A stretch of 64,000 nucleotides of DNA from Candidatus Pacearchaeota archaeon (GCA_017608235.1 JAFCGI010000003.1:44146-108145); one strand, 5' to 3'; positions 29,147-38,607 are shown, counted from the first letter of the stretch. The notes: generated by a model from the sequence alone, not told the origin. Program-made: numbers and translations.

Positions 29147-29220
29147 TCATATTAGCTTATTCTCTATAAGTATGTAATCATATTAGCTTATTCTCTATAA
29201 GTATGTAATCATATTAGCTT
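29128..29220. repeat. Tandem 31-bp direct repeat x3 (ATTCTCTATAAGTATGTAATCATATTAGCTT) containing the stop codons of both convergent genes
   Basis: Copy 1 carries the valS stop (TAA at 29144..29146). Copy 3 carries the pyrBI stop (reverse complement, 29209..29211). Confidence 0.85.
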
Positions 29221-30693
29221 AACTCTATTTTCACCAAATCTAATATTACAATAATGACAAATAAACATTGCAGGTTCTCTATTAATAACATAAATCATAG
29301 GCATAGCGCCCTCTTTATAAATTAAATTAGAAATACAACTACTATTAGGACAAGCTACTATATTATTAAGAATCTCTGGAAGTTTAACTTTACCTTTTCT
29401 AACAACATTAGAGTGTTCTATGAAACTAACAGTTGAATCTGGAGTAACCACTGCCAACATATTAAGCAAAGATTCAGAAATATTTCTATTAGATACTTTC
29501 AAGATTAATTTCTTCTCCCCATTAGTTCTTGTAACTCTTCCAAGACTAAAATTAATTTCAGGATCCTTTAGTCCTAATATAGAAGATACTTCTTTGAATT
29601 TATCTGGAGCAATATGATCTATAACTATACCATTTTCAATAGGTGCAATAATTCCTTTCTTAGCACTAGGTCTAGGCTTAACATTTTGAAATGAAGCAGT
29701 CTTATACTCTTGCTTTTTCTCAGTATATATTTCAGAGTCATTAAATATTAAATCTAACAAAGCTTCTCTTATATATATTCCATTCTGTGCTTGTTGAATA
29801 TAATAAGCATACTCAGTATTATCAACAGAATAATCTAACTCAATTGCATTCTTGTTTCTTGGCAAAGGATGTAATACTTTTAAATTAGGTTTAACATTCT
29901 TTAACAACTTAGCATGAAGACTAAATAAATTTTTTACTCTATCATAGTCTTCCTTACCTTCCATAGTATCTGGGAATCTCTCTTGCTGTATTCTAGTCAT
30001 ATATAAAATATCAACTTTTTCAGCAACTTCTTGCAAATCATTAGAAATCTCATAATCATGTCCTCTATTCTTTATCAAATCTAAATAATATAAAGGCATT
30101 TTAAGGACATCTGGAGAAACAAAATAAAATTTGTTACTACTAAACATCGTAAGTGCACTAACTAAAGAATGTGTAGTCCTTCCATATTTCAAGTCTCCAA
30201 CAACCCCAATTTTTAATCCATCTAATTTTCCCTGAGTTTCTTTAATGCTTAACAAATCAAGCATAGTCTGAGTAGGATGCTGATTTTTACCATCACCAGC
30301 ATTTATAATAGGAATCTTTAGAGAATCAGCAGCAAATCTAGCAGCACCATCTAAATTATGTCTTATAATTATAGCTTGAGCATCATAATTTTCAAACATT
30401 CTCAATGAATCAACTAATGGCTCGCCCTTAACCACAGAAGTGTTTGATGGATTCCCAAAACCAATAGCTTCTGCACCAAGATTTTTGATTGCTGCATCAA
30501 AGCTTTTCTCAGTTCTTGTACTAGGTTCAAAGAAAAGTGATGCAATTCTTTTTCCTTTAAGAAGGTCACTAATTTTATTAGCATTCCCTTGCTTATGCAA
30601 ATTCTTAAACTCCTCAGCCCGCTTTAGAACTATATCAAAATCTCTAGCAGAGAAATCATTCACAGAAATTACGCTTCTTCCTTTAAATCCCAT
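29209..30693 (-). CDS. pyrB: Aspartate carbamoyltransferase, fused catalytic (PyrB) and regulatory (PyrI) chain
   Basis: N-terminal 310 aa: FEPSTRTEKSF (STRT), HPTQTMLDL (HPTQ), HPLP. C-terminal 150 aa: PyrI-like with Zn-site cysteines ACPNSSCISN and CHYCNIRF. A single 494-aa ORF with no internal stop. Confidence 0.85.
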   Translation of the reverse strand: MGFKGRSVISVNDFSARDFDIVLKRAEEFKNLHKQGNANKISDLLKGKRIASLFFEPSTRTEKSFDAAIKNLGAEAIGFGNPSNTSVVKGEPLVDSLRMFENYDAQAIIIRHNLDGAARFAADSLKIPIINAGDGKNQHPTQTMLDLLSIKETQGKLDGLKIGVVGDLKYGRTTHSLVSALTMFSSNKFYFVSPDVLKMPLYYLDLIKNRGHDYEISNDLQEVAEKVDILYMTRIQQERFPDTMEGKEDYDRVKNLFSLHAKLLKNVKPNLKVLHPLPRNKNAIELDYSVDNTEYAYYIQQAQNGIYIREALLDLIFNDSEIYTEKKQEYKTASFQNVKPRPSAKKGIIAPIENGIVIDHIAPDKFKEVSSILGLKDPEINFSLGRVTRTNGEKKLILKVSNRNISESLLNMLAVVTPDSTVSFIEHSNVVRKGKVKLPEILNNIVACPNSSCISNLIYKEGAMPMIYVINREPAMFICHYCNIRFGENRVKLI

Positions 30694-30757
30694 AATTATT
30701 CAAAAAAAATATAGTCAGTTAATCATTTATATTATTATTGCAACTGAAATAAATACA

Positions 30758-31543
30758 ATGAATAATCTAGATACTATTCACTTAGATCAGCATCTAATGA
30801 TAGATAAAAGACTACTTAATAGATTAACTAAATATGCAGATCTTACTAGTAAAGATATTGTATTAGAAATCGGCGCAGGCTCTGGCAACCTAACAAAAAG
30901 ACTAGTAGAAAAAGCAAAAAAAGTTTATGCTTTTGAAATTGATCCACACTTCAAACCAGACTTAAACGAAATCAAAGAAAATCATCCAAATCTCATAATG
31001 AAATATCAAGATATCCTTAAAGCAAAGCTTCCTAAAGTAGATAAAGTTATAGCAAATATCCCATATAGTCTTTCAGAACAAATTATAACATTATTAGCTG
31101 GCTATAAATTCAAACTAGCAGTATTAACTCTTGGAAAAAACTTTGCTGAATTAATAACTCTAAAGAAAAACAACAGAAGAATTTATTTTTTAGCAAGAGC
31201 ATACTTTGATATTCATATAAAAGAACTTGTTCTACCAACCGCATTCAACCCAGCACCAAGAATAAATTCTGTTGTAATAACAATAACACCAAGATCAAAA
31301 TCCCAACTAACCAGACAAGAGTTCATAACTAGAGAACTCTGGCAGCAAAAAACCAAGAAAACCAAGAATGCATTAATGGAAGCAATAATAAATCATTCCA
31401 GACATCATAAAGAGCCTTTAACTCAAAAACAAGCTAAAACACATATCTCAAAACTCAAACTTCCAAAGAAGATTCTAGAAAAAACAGTACAAAGACTTTC
31501 AGGAACAGAATTATCTTTAATTCTTAAGCAAGTACAAAAATAA
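30758..31543 (+). CDS. ksgA: 16S rRNA (adenine1518/1519-N6)-dimethyltransferase KsgA/RsmA (Dim1)
   Basis: SAM-binding VLEIGAGSGNLT and NIPYSLSEQI. The internal ATG at 30758 is chosen because the track ORF's N-terminal 106 aa overlap pyrBI on the opposite strand. Confidence 0.85.
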   Translation: MNNLDTIHLDQHLMIDKRLLNRLTKYADLTSKDIVLEIGAGSGNLTKRLVEKAKKVYAFEIDPHFKPDLNEIKENHPNLIMKYQDILKAKLPKVDKVIANIPYSLSEQIITLLAGYKFKLAVLTLGKNFAELITLKKNNRRIYFLARAYFDIHIKELVLPTAFNPAPRINSVVITITPRSKSQLTRQEFITRELWQQKTKKTKNALMEAIINHSRHHKEPLTQKQAKTHISKLKLPKKILEKTVQRLSGTELSLILKQVQK

Positions 31544-31627
31544 TCTAATAAAAGTTTTTTTAAAAGCTTAAAACATATATCTACTAAGGAAAAAAACTTT
31601 ATAAATAGCTAATTAAAGCCATTAAAA

Positions 31628-34600
31628 ATGACAATATACAATCCATTAGAGATCGAGCCAGAAATATTAAAATTCTGGGACAAAGATAAAAGCTTCCAAA
31701 AGTTAATGTCTAAGCTTAGCAAGAGCAAGAAGCAATTCTCGTTCTTAGATGGGCCTATAACAGCAAATAACCCTATGGGAGTTCATCATGCCTGGGGCCG
31801 TGCATACAAAGACCTCTTCTTAAGATTCAAAGCAATGCAAGGTTATAATCAAAGAAGGCAAAATGGATTTGATTCTCAGGGTTTATGGATTGAAAGGGAA
31901 GTAGAAAAAGAAAAAGGCTTCAAATCCAAAGAAGACATTGAAAAGTTTGGAATTTTAAATTTTGCAAAAGCCTGTAAGGAAAGAGTAGAAAAATTCTCAA
32001 AGTTAATAATCCAAGATTCCATAAGACTTGGTTATTGGATGGATTGGGGCAACGATTACTATACTATGACTGATAATAATAATTTACATAACTGGTACCT
32101 CATTAAATCATACTATGATAAGGGATGGCTATACAAAGGAAAAGATGTTGTTCCTTGGTGTGCAAGATGTGGAACCGCTTCATCTAAACATGACATAATA
32201 ACAGAAGGTTATCTTGAGATTACACATCCAGCAATTTTCATGAAATTTCCAGTAATTGGAAAAGAAAAAGAATTCCTTTTAGTATGGACAACAACTCCTT
32301 GGACAATGCCTGCTGATTCTGCAGTAGCAGTAAGTCCTGATATTGTTTATGCTAAAGTAAAACAAAAAGATGAAATATACTATCTTGCAAAAGATAGATT
32401 AGATATTTTAGAAGGAAATTATGAAGAACTAGATACTCTATCAGGAGCAGATATAGTAGGAATAAGCTATGTTGCTCCATACAAAGATCTTCCAGCTGCA
32501 AAAGAAGCCACATATTCAGTAATAACTTGGGACTTGGTAAGTTCAGAAGAAGGAACTGGAATGGTTCATATAGCACCTGGCTGTGGTCCTGAAGACTATG
32601 AACTTGGCAAGAGAGAAAGACTTGCAACTATAGCTCCTTTGGATCAAGCAGGAGTTTATATAGAAGGTTATGATTGGTTGACAGGCATGTCTGCAAAAGA
32701 TGCAAATCCAAAAATCATAGAAGACATGAAAAAACGAGGCTTCATTTACAAAATCGAAAATTATACTCATCGTTATCCACATTGCTGGCGTTGTAGCGAA
32801 GAACTTGTTTTCAGATTAGTAGATGAATGGTATATTAGATCAGCTGACATCCGTGGAAAACTAATCTCAGAAAACAAGAAAATAAAATGGTATCCAGAAT
32901 ATGGAAAAACTAGACAAGAAACCTGGTTCAAGAACATGAGCGACTGGCTCATCTCAAGAAAAAGATTCTGGGGACTTCCGCTTCCAATTTGGGAATGTGA
33001 ATGTGGTAAGATTCATGTTTTTGGCAGCTTAGAAGAACTAAAGAAGCTAGCTCTAAGTCCAAAGAAAGTAGACAAGCTTCCTGAATTACATAGACCATGG
33101 ATTGATGAAATTAAGATCAGGTGTGAAACTTGTGGAGCAGAAGTGGAAAGAATTCCAGATGTAGGAGATGCTTGGTTAGATGCAGGCATAGTTCCACTAT
33201 CAACAATTGGCCCATATCTCAAAAATAAAAAATATTGGGAAAAATGGTTCCCAGCAGATATGATCTCAGAAAATTATCCAGGTCAGTATCGTGGTTGGTT
33301 TAATGCACTATTTTGGGCATCAGTAACTTTAACAGGAAAAGCTCCATTCAAATCTGTTTTTGGATATGAAACTTTAAAAGATGAAAATGGAGAAGAGATG
33401 CACAAATCCAAAGGAAATGCTATCTGGGCTAGCGAAGCATTAGAAACTGCAGGTGCAGACCCAATAAGATGGCTCTATATAAAACAAGATCCAACAAGAG
33501 AATTATTATTTGGCTATAACAATGTAAATGAAGCTAAAAGATCTTTGAATGTTTTCTGGAACATGGCAAACTATCTAAAAATCTTAATAAACTCTGATTT
33601 CAAACCAAAAGAACCAAAGATAGAATCCTTGCAAGATCGTTGGATAATATCAAGATTAGAATCCACAAAACAAGAAGTTACAGAATCTCTAGAAAATCTA
33701 ATGCCCCATATAGCTTCAGCAGCATTAGAAAAATTTTTCCTAGAGGATCTATCAAGAACATATATTCAATGGGTTCGTGATATCTTAAGTAAAGAATCCA
33801 AAGAAGCTCAAAATACTATACAAATAATATACAAATGTCTTTTTGATACTACAAAGCTACTTGCACCTTTTATCCCATTTTTAACAGAAAAACTTTATCA
33901 AGATATATTTAAACAATATAATAAAGAATCAAGTATTCATCATATAGATTGGCCTTCTGCAAATAAAGCAAAAATAGACTCTACTTTAGAAAACCAAATA
34001 TCAATAGTAAATGAAGTTTCCTCACAAATCCTCTATCTAAGGGAAAAAGCTCAAAGAAATGTAAGATGGCCTATTAAAGAAGCAATCATAGTAACTACAG
34101 ATCCAAAAATAAAAAAAGCAATCAAAAAACATCAATCTATAATCTCAGAAAAAACCAATACTCTTGAGATAAAAACCCAGGAAAAAGAAATTAAAGGCGC
34201 TGAATATAAAGTAAAAGCAAACTATTCAAGATTATCTAGATTTGGAAAAGATGTTAGCAAAGTAGTAGTTAAATTATCTCAACAAAGTCCTAAATCTATA
34301 TTAAAGAAGTTCGAAAAAGATAGTAAACTTACAATTAAAGCAGAAGGTACAAACTTTGAAATTCTAAAAACAGACTTAATAATTCAAACAAAAGCACCAA
34401 AAGGATTCCTTGGAAACTCAGCACATAAATATTCTATCTATATAGATTTAGAGGAAACAAATGAAATGCTAGCCTCTGGTTTTGCTAGAGAACTAACAAG
34501 AAAGATTCAGGAGCTAAGAAAGAAATCTGGACTAAAGAAACCAGACAGGATTCTATTACATCTTGAAGTCTCAGATGATCTAAAAGAACAACTTTTAGCA

Positions 34601-34729
34601 TTCATAGCAGACATAAAAGAAAAAGTTGGAGCAGATGAATTTGCATTTGAATCCACATATCCAAAAAAATTCAAAGATGATTTCAAAATCAAAGATGAAG
34701 AAATAAAGATTGGATTTAGTGTTGTTTAA
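31628..34729 (+). CDS. ileS: Isoleucyl-tRNA synthetase
   Basis: N-terminus EPEILKFWDKDKSF. HIGH-like PMGVHHAWG. The IleRS hallmark WTTTPWTMPADSAVAV. FPADMI…GQYRGWF. KMSKS-like EMHKSKGN. Length 1033 aa. Confidence 0.85.
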   Translation: MTIYNPLEIEPEILKFWDKDKSFQKLMSKLSKSKKQFSFLDGPITANNPMGVHHAWGRAYKDLFLRFKAMQGYNQRRQNGFDSQGLWIEREVEKEKGFKSKEDIEKFGILNFAKACKERVEKFSKLIIQDSIRLGYWMDWGNDYYTMTDNNNLHNWYLIKSYYDKGWLYKGKDVVPWCARCGTASSKHDIITEGYLEITHPAIFMKFPVIGKEKEFLLVWTTTPWTMPADSAVAVSPDIVYAKVKQKDEIYYLAKDRLDILEGNYEELDTLSGADIVGISYVAPYKDLPAAKEATYSVITWDLVSSEEGTGMVHIAPGCGPEDYELGKRERLATIAPLDQAGVYIEGYDWLTGMSAKDANPKIIEDMKKRGFIYKIENYTHRYPHCWRCSEELVFRLVDEWYIRSADIRGKLISENKKIKWYPEYGKTRQETWFKNMSDWLISRKRFWGLPLPIWECECGKIHVFGSLEELKKLALSPKKVDKLPELHRPWIDEIKIRCETCGAEVERIPDVGDAWLDAGIVPLSTIGPYLKNKKYWEKWFPADMISENYPGQYRGWFNALFWASVTLTGKAPFKSVFGYETLKDENGEEMHKSKGNAIWASEALETAGADPIRWLYIKQDPTRELLFGYNNVNEAKRSLNVFWNMANYLKILINSDFKPKEPKIESLQDRWIISRLESTKQEVTESLENLMPHIASAALEKFFLEDLSRTYIQWVRDILSKESKEAQNTIQIIYKCLFDTTKLLAPFIPFLTEKLYQDIFKQYNKESSIHHIDWPSANKAKIDSTLENQISIVNEVSSQILYLREKAQRNVRWPIKEAIIVTTDPKIKKAIKKHQSIISEKTNTLEIKTQEKEIKGAEYKVKANYSRLSRFGKDVSKVVVKLSQQSPKSILKKFEKDSKLTIKAEGTNFEILKTDLIIQTKAPKGFLGNSAHKYSIYIDLEETNEMLASGFARELTRKIQELRKKSGLKKPDRILLHLEVSDDLKEQLLAFIADIKEKVGADEFAFESTYPKKFKDDFKIKDEEIKIGFSVV

Positions 34730-34815
34730 TTTAATTATAAAATTTAATTATAAAATTCAATTTATAAAATTCAGTTATAAAATTCAATTATGAAATTTAA
34801 TTTATAATATTATAT
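34728..34815. repeat. AT-rich degenerate tandem repeats (TTATAAAATTCAA-like units)
   Basis: Direct reading downstream of the ileS stop. Confidence 0.6.
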
Positions 34816-35266
34816 TCAAATGAACCTTTGTAGTGCTTGCTTACTTAGAATACTGTTTTACTTAGAATAAATTGCTTAGAATAAATTATAAAATATAATA
34901 AAAAAAATTTATAATCAATCCCCTTTCTGCTGTTCTTTGAACCAGGTTTCCTTATACATTTTCTTTCCAAGAAACCAAGAACCTATTCCTGTTAAGCCAA
35001 TTCCTATCAAAAGCAGCCAACTATAATCACTTTGTACACCAATTCTGATTTGTATGACAAACAGCCAAAAAATTAGAAAAAGTAATGCACCAAAGCTAAT
35101 CATATAATATTTTTTCTCCATGTTTCAGTTAGGAAGATTCATAAAGAGGTTTAGCTTCCTTATTTTCACTCCCTTAAAGAAACGTTATATTTATAAAAGC
35201 CTTTTTAAAGGTTCCTCCCTTTTAAAGACCCTGTAACAAATATAACTTTGTGAGGTGCTTTTAGAA

Positions 35267-35824
35267 ATGGGAAAGGTTTTTGCTAAAACCCAAAATGTTG
35301 TAGTCTCAGCTACAATACATCGAGATCTGCCTTTAGAAAAACTAGCAACAAAATTAGAAGGCGCAGAATATAATCCAGAACAATTTCCAGGATTAATTCT
35401 AAAAATTGAAGAACCAAAAGCTTCTGCTCTTTTATTTAGCTCTGGTAAAATAATATGTACAGGAACCAAATCTATAAAGGAAGCAGGAAAAGCAATAGCA
35501 GCAATTGTAAGATTAATAGAAAAACTTGGCTTAAAAGTTAAAGGCCGACCAGAAATCGAAGTTCAAAACATGGTTGCTTCTGGCAGCGTAGGTGGAAAAC
35601 TAAATTTAAACGAAATAGTATTCAAATTCGAAAACACAGAATATGAACCAGAACAATTTCCAGGATTAGTTTACAAGCTCCCAGAGTCCCATATAACTTT
35701 TTTATTGTTTGGAACAGGAAAGATTGTAATCACAGGAGCCAAATCAGAAAAAGAAATCATCGACTCAGTACATGTTCTTAGAAAACAATTAATAGATGCA
35801 GAAGAACTCGGCGAACCAAACTAA
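35267..35824 (+). CDS. tbp: TATA-box binding protein
   Basis: Two TBP repeats: ATIHRDLPLEKLA…EQFPGLILKI…GKIICTGTKS and ASGSVGGKLNLNEI…EQFPGLVYKL…GKIVITGAKS. ATG at 35267 is preceded by GGTG; the track ORF begins at GTG 35255. Confidence 0.9.
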   Translation: MGKVFAKTQNVVVSATIHRDLPLEKLATKLEGAEYNPEQFPGLILKIEEPKASALLFSSGKIICTGTKSIKEAGKAIAAIVRLIEKLGLKVKGRPEIEVQNMVASGSVGGKLNLNEIVFKFENTEYEPEQFPGLVYKLPESHITFLLFGTGKIVITGAKSEKEIIDSVHVLRKQLIDAEELGEPN

Positions 35825-35867
35825 ATTCTTTTCTTTTTATTAATTCTATTAATAATTCTATTAATTT

Positions 35868-36593
35868 TTAAAGAAGCCATATAATCAAAATCAGAATAGG
35901 CTGATGCAATAAATAAATTAACAAAGAGTTTCTTCCAAGAAAAGATAATGGCCTAGAAATTAAAGAATCCTTTCTTTCTCTATAAATTCTCCTGCCATCC
36001 TTAAAAAATATGCTTCCAGCCCAAAGTCCTAGTAGCATCACACCCAACCAAGGAAATAATGGAAAATAATCTACACTATAAAAGCTGCCAGATCTAATTC
36101 CTAACCATAAAAGCCAATTATATTCTGCCTGTAAACTATTAAGAAACAAACCAAATCCAATTATTAGTCCAGCTAATACAGGATTATATAACTTATATTT
36201 CAAAGCAAAATATCCTAGTATTACAGCAACTCCAATAAAATGCAAAATTCCAAATACAACTGTGCCTTCTTTAAGGAAGAAATAAGTCATTCCAGTAATT
36301 AGCAAACCATATCCAAATATTTTCAAGCCCCTAAAGAAATATTTTTTCCAAAGATTCTTATCAGATTTATCTTTAACACGGGAATAACTTATAGCAAGAG
36401 AGATTCCAACCAAGAAGATAAAGATTGTTGCAGTACTTCTAGCTAGCAGCCACCAAGGCAAAGAATCTATAGGAATTTCTTTAATCTTAAAATAATTCAA
36501 ATCAAAAAAACCATGATAAACAATCATCATGATTATAGCTATACCCCTAAATGCATCAATCTCCCAGAATCTTTCAGCGCAGCCCTTTTTCAT
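35868..36593 (-). CDS. DUF1624-like (acyltransferase-3 / HGSNAT-like) integral membrane protein
   Basis: N-terminus RFWEIDAFRGIAIIMMIVYHGFFD is typical of the DUF1624 family. Several TM helices. Confidence 0.45.
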   Translation of the reverse strand: MKKGCAERFWEIDAFRGIAIIMMIVYHGFFDLNYFKIKEIPIDSLPWWLLARSTATIFIFLVGISLAISYSRVKDKSDKNLWKKYFFRGLKIFGYGLLITGMTYFFLKEGTVVFGILHFIGVAVILGYFALKYKLYNPVLAGLIIGFGLFLNSLQAEYNWLLWLGIRSGSFYSVDYFPLFPWLGVMLLGLWAGSIFFKDGRRIYRERKDSLISRPLSFLGRNSLLIYLLHQPILILIIWLL

Positions 36594-36702
36594 TTAATTT
36601 TACTTAACTTTATTTAGATATCCATTCAAAATAAGCATAGCATCTGGTCTTTGATTTCTTCATGAAAATCCAAACTGCTATAAATAACAATTTTATTTTA
36701 AA

Positions 36703-37131
36703 TTATTTTAAAGTTCTTACAGATGATTTAGCACCACAAGCAGCACATCTCTTAAATGTCAAGCCACGTTCTTTCATAAGTTCAGTATCTGGCTTACCAC
36801 ATTGATCACACATCACAAACTCTTTAACATATTTCTCGATCTTTTCATTCAAGAAACTAGAATTAAATCTCCCTACAAAAATAGTTCCTCCACTCTTTAT
36901 ATCACCAGTGGTAGCTAGTTCTCTAAGCAAGAACTTAAAAACATGATTAATATCTCTTCTAAGATCATTAGCAATCTGTTGTAAGTTAGTTATGATAGTC
37001 CTATTTCCTTGAATACTTCCTTTCACTTTAGGAATTTCAAATCTTACTTCTTCCTTACTAACTTCAGGAAGTTCCTTGTATGCTTTATCAAGCATTTCAT
37101 CATAATTATACTTAAACACCATAAAATCCAT
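36703..37131 (-). CDS. Translation initiation factor 2 beta subunit (aIF2-beta)
   Basis: FLLRELATTGDIKSGGTIFVGRF core and C4 zinc ribbon CDQCGKPDT…CAACGA. Length 142 aa. Confidence 0.85.
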   Translation of the reverse strand: MDFMVFKYNYDEMLDKAYKELPEVSKEEVRFEIPKVKGSIQGNRTIITNLQQIANDLRRDINHVFKFLLRELATTGDIKSGGTIFVGRFNSSFLNEKIEKYVKEFVMCDQCGKPDTELMKERGLTFKRCAACGAKSSVRTLK

Positions 37132-37212
37132 GAGAAAACTTTGCTTTAAGAAGTTTTTGTTTTAACTGGCCTTGTAGAAACCCTTGTCAAATCTAGCTAG
37201 ATTTAGCAGGTG

Positions 37213-37452
37213 AAAGGCGATGTTAGAGATGACTGTGGCAGATATTCTAGTAGTTTTGGGTTTGAAATAAAAGGGAATGTTGGAAATGATTGTGGTTGGT
37301 ATTCGGAGAACTCTGAATTTAAGATAAATGGGAATGTTAGAGATATGTGTGGTTGTAATTCTGAGAGTTCTAGGTTTAAGGTAAAAGGGAATATTGGAAT
37401 GAATTGTGGTTACGGTTCTAAAAATTCTAAATTTTATCAAAGAGGAAAGCTA
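37213..37452. repeat. Tandem repeat of 4 x about 60 bp; possibly codes a Cys/Gly-rich 20-aa repeat peptide on the + strand
   Basis: Units GGGAATGTTGGAAATGATTGTGG…; the + frame gives (F)xIKGNVxxDCGxxSExSxF four times (track ORF 37210..37467). The - frame gives IPFYLKPRTLRI… repeats (37162..37440). Coding status unresolved. Confidence 0.7.
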
Positions 37453-37504
37453 ATTAGGATAAGATGAAGACTATTGATGTTCTATAAGAAAAAAAATAAT
37501 TGTG

Positions 37505-37807
37505 CTAAAGTCTCATTGAGGCAAATCCAAGAACTATAAGCACTAACACCCAGGTAGGTATTGTGGTAAGGTAGCCTGCATAATTTAATGCATATAACAC
37601 TCCTATTATAAATAACAACCTACCAAAGCCTCCTTCATGTATTTTATGATAACACATCCAAGATTTCATATATGGTGGTTTATCTATAGTATATGAAGAA
37701 GATGGGATAATAGTCTTAGAAGATGCTTCTATCTTTGTTCCTATAGCTTTGCCAATTTCATCCCATGTAGGTTCTTTTTTAGTTGTTTTTTTCTTCTTTT
37801 TAGCCAT
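37505..37807 (-). CDS. Small membrane protein with an N-terminal Lys-rich segment (hypothetical)
   Basis: MAKKKKKTTKKEPTW… with two C-terminal TM helices. Confidence 0.35.
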   Translation of the reverse strand: MAKKKKKTTKKEPTWDEIGKAIGTKIEASSKTIIPSSSYTIDKPPYMKSWMCYHKIHEGGFGRLLFIIGVLYALNYAGYLTTIPTWVLVLIVLGFASMRL

Positions 37808-37839
37808 TTTAGCTCCTCCTTATTAATTTATTTGTCGAA

Positions 37840-38055
37840 TTATTTGGTAGATATTTTTACCCATTTGTCTTGCTTCTTTTGATATTTGGTTTTAACAGCT
37901 TTCCAAGCAATCCTATGTGAGATTTCTTCCTGTCTAGGATTATCCTTATATTGTTTGAAAGCAGAATTAAAAGCTTTCATATATATTGTTTGAGCACTTT
38001 TAGGAAGGTTTTCTTTAACTTTGTCTGGTAGATCTTCTGTTTTGTTATAGGGCAT
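37840..38055 (-). CDS. chaB: ChaB-family protein
   Basis: Whole-length resemblance to ChaB: MPY…DLPDKVKENLPKSAQTIYMKAFNSAFKQYKD…EEISHRIAWKAVK. Length 71 aa. Confidence 0.7.
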   Translation of the reverse strand: MPYNKTEDLPDKVKENLPKSAQTIYMKAFNSAFKQYKDNPRQEEISHRIAWKAVKTKYQKKQDKWVKISTK

Positions 38056-38214
38056 CTTAGGACTATAACGTTAGTAATATAAAAGTTAAACGCTTAGAGA
38101 ACCAAAAAGAAATGATTTCTTTAAGTAATTTATAGTCTTAGTAGACAATATAGTCATAAGGTCATGAGTTCTTTTAATAGATTATTATTTAATACATTAT
38201 ATATTTGTTAGATA

Positions 38215-38333
38215 TGGGCCTACTGGGAATTTCTCAGCTATAGGGGTTTCTACTAATGGTTTCCCGAAAAACTGTATCGAACCCAGGTCTTTTGGTCCGC
38301 AACCAAACATTCTATCCACTAGACTATAGGCCC
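38215..38333 (-). tRNA. tRNA-Arg (GCG) with an about 47-nt intron at T-loop 59/60
   Basis: Acceptor GGGCCTA pairs with TAGGCCC; disc A. Anticodon stem TTTGG/CCAAA with loop UUGCGGA. T-stem CTGGG; TTCGAT [insert ACAG…GCTGAGAAAT] T; CCCAG. The D-stem is weak (GTCT/GAAT has one mismatch and two G-U). Confidence 0.6.
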
Positions 38334-38452
38334 ATAGAAAAGTGTTTTAGAGAGATTAAAAAACTTATGTTTAGCTATTTTTGTATACTATAATGTTGAA
38401 AGACATATGCTGTATTAAGATTATAGTAAAAATATTACAATAAAAAATATAA

Positions 38453-38607
38453 TAGCCCCGACCGGACATTCTCAACCGCGGATTTCTTCCGCCAATGCTT
38501 CTTTCTAAGAAGGGTTGTTTCGAACCAGTGTCCTAAGGTCCAGAACCTCAGATGCTTGACTTATAGATCTAATAATTTTTTTATTAAATTCACTACACTA
38601 CGGGGCT
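38453..38607 (-). tRNA. tRNA-Gln (CUG) with a 52-nt T-loop 59/60 intron and an additional about 30-nt AT-rich insertion in the D-loop
   Basis: Acceptor AGCCCCG pairs with CGGGGCT; disc A. D-stem GTGT/GCAT. Anticodon stem TGAGG/CCTTA with loop UUCUGGA. T-stem ACTGG; TTCGAA [ACAACCC…GGTTGAGAATG] T; CCGGT. The D-region insert forms the hairpin TTAATAA-AAAAA-TTATTAG. Confidence 0.5.

Noticed and set aside
30440-30757. N-terminal 106-aa extension of the ksgA ORF
   Set aside because: Overlaps the pyrBI coding region on the opposite strand. KsgA homology and a sensible length begin at the internal ATG 30758.
35191-35469. 92-aa minus-strand ORF
   Set aside because: Antisense to the well-supported TBP gene.
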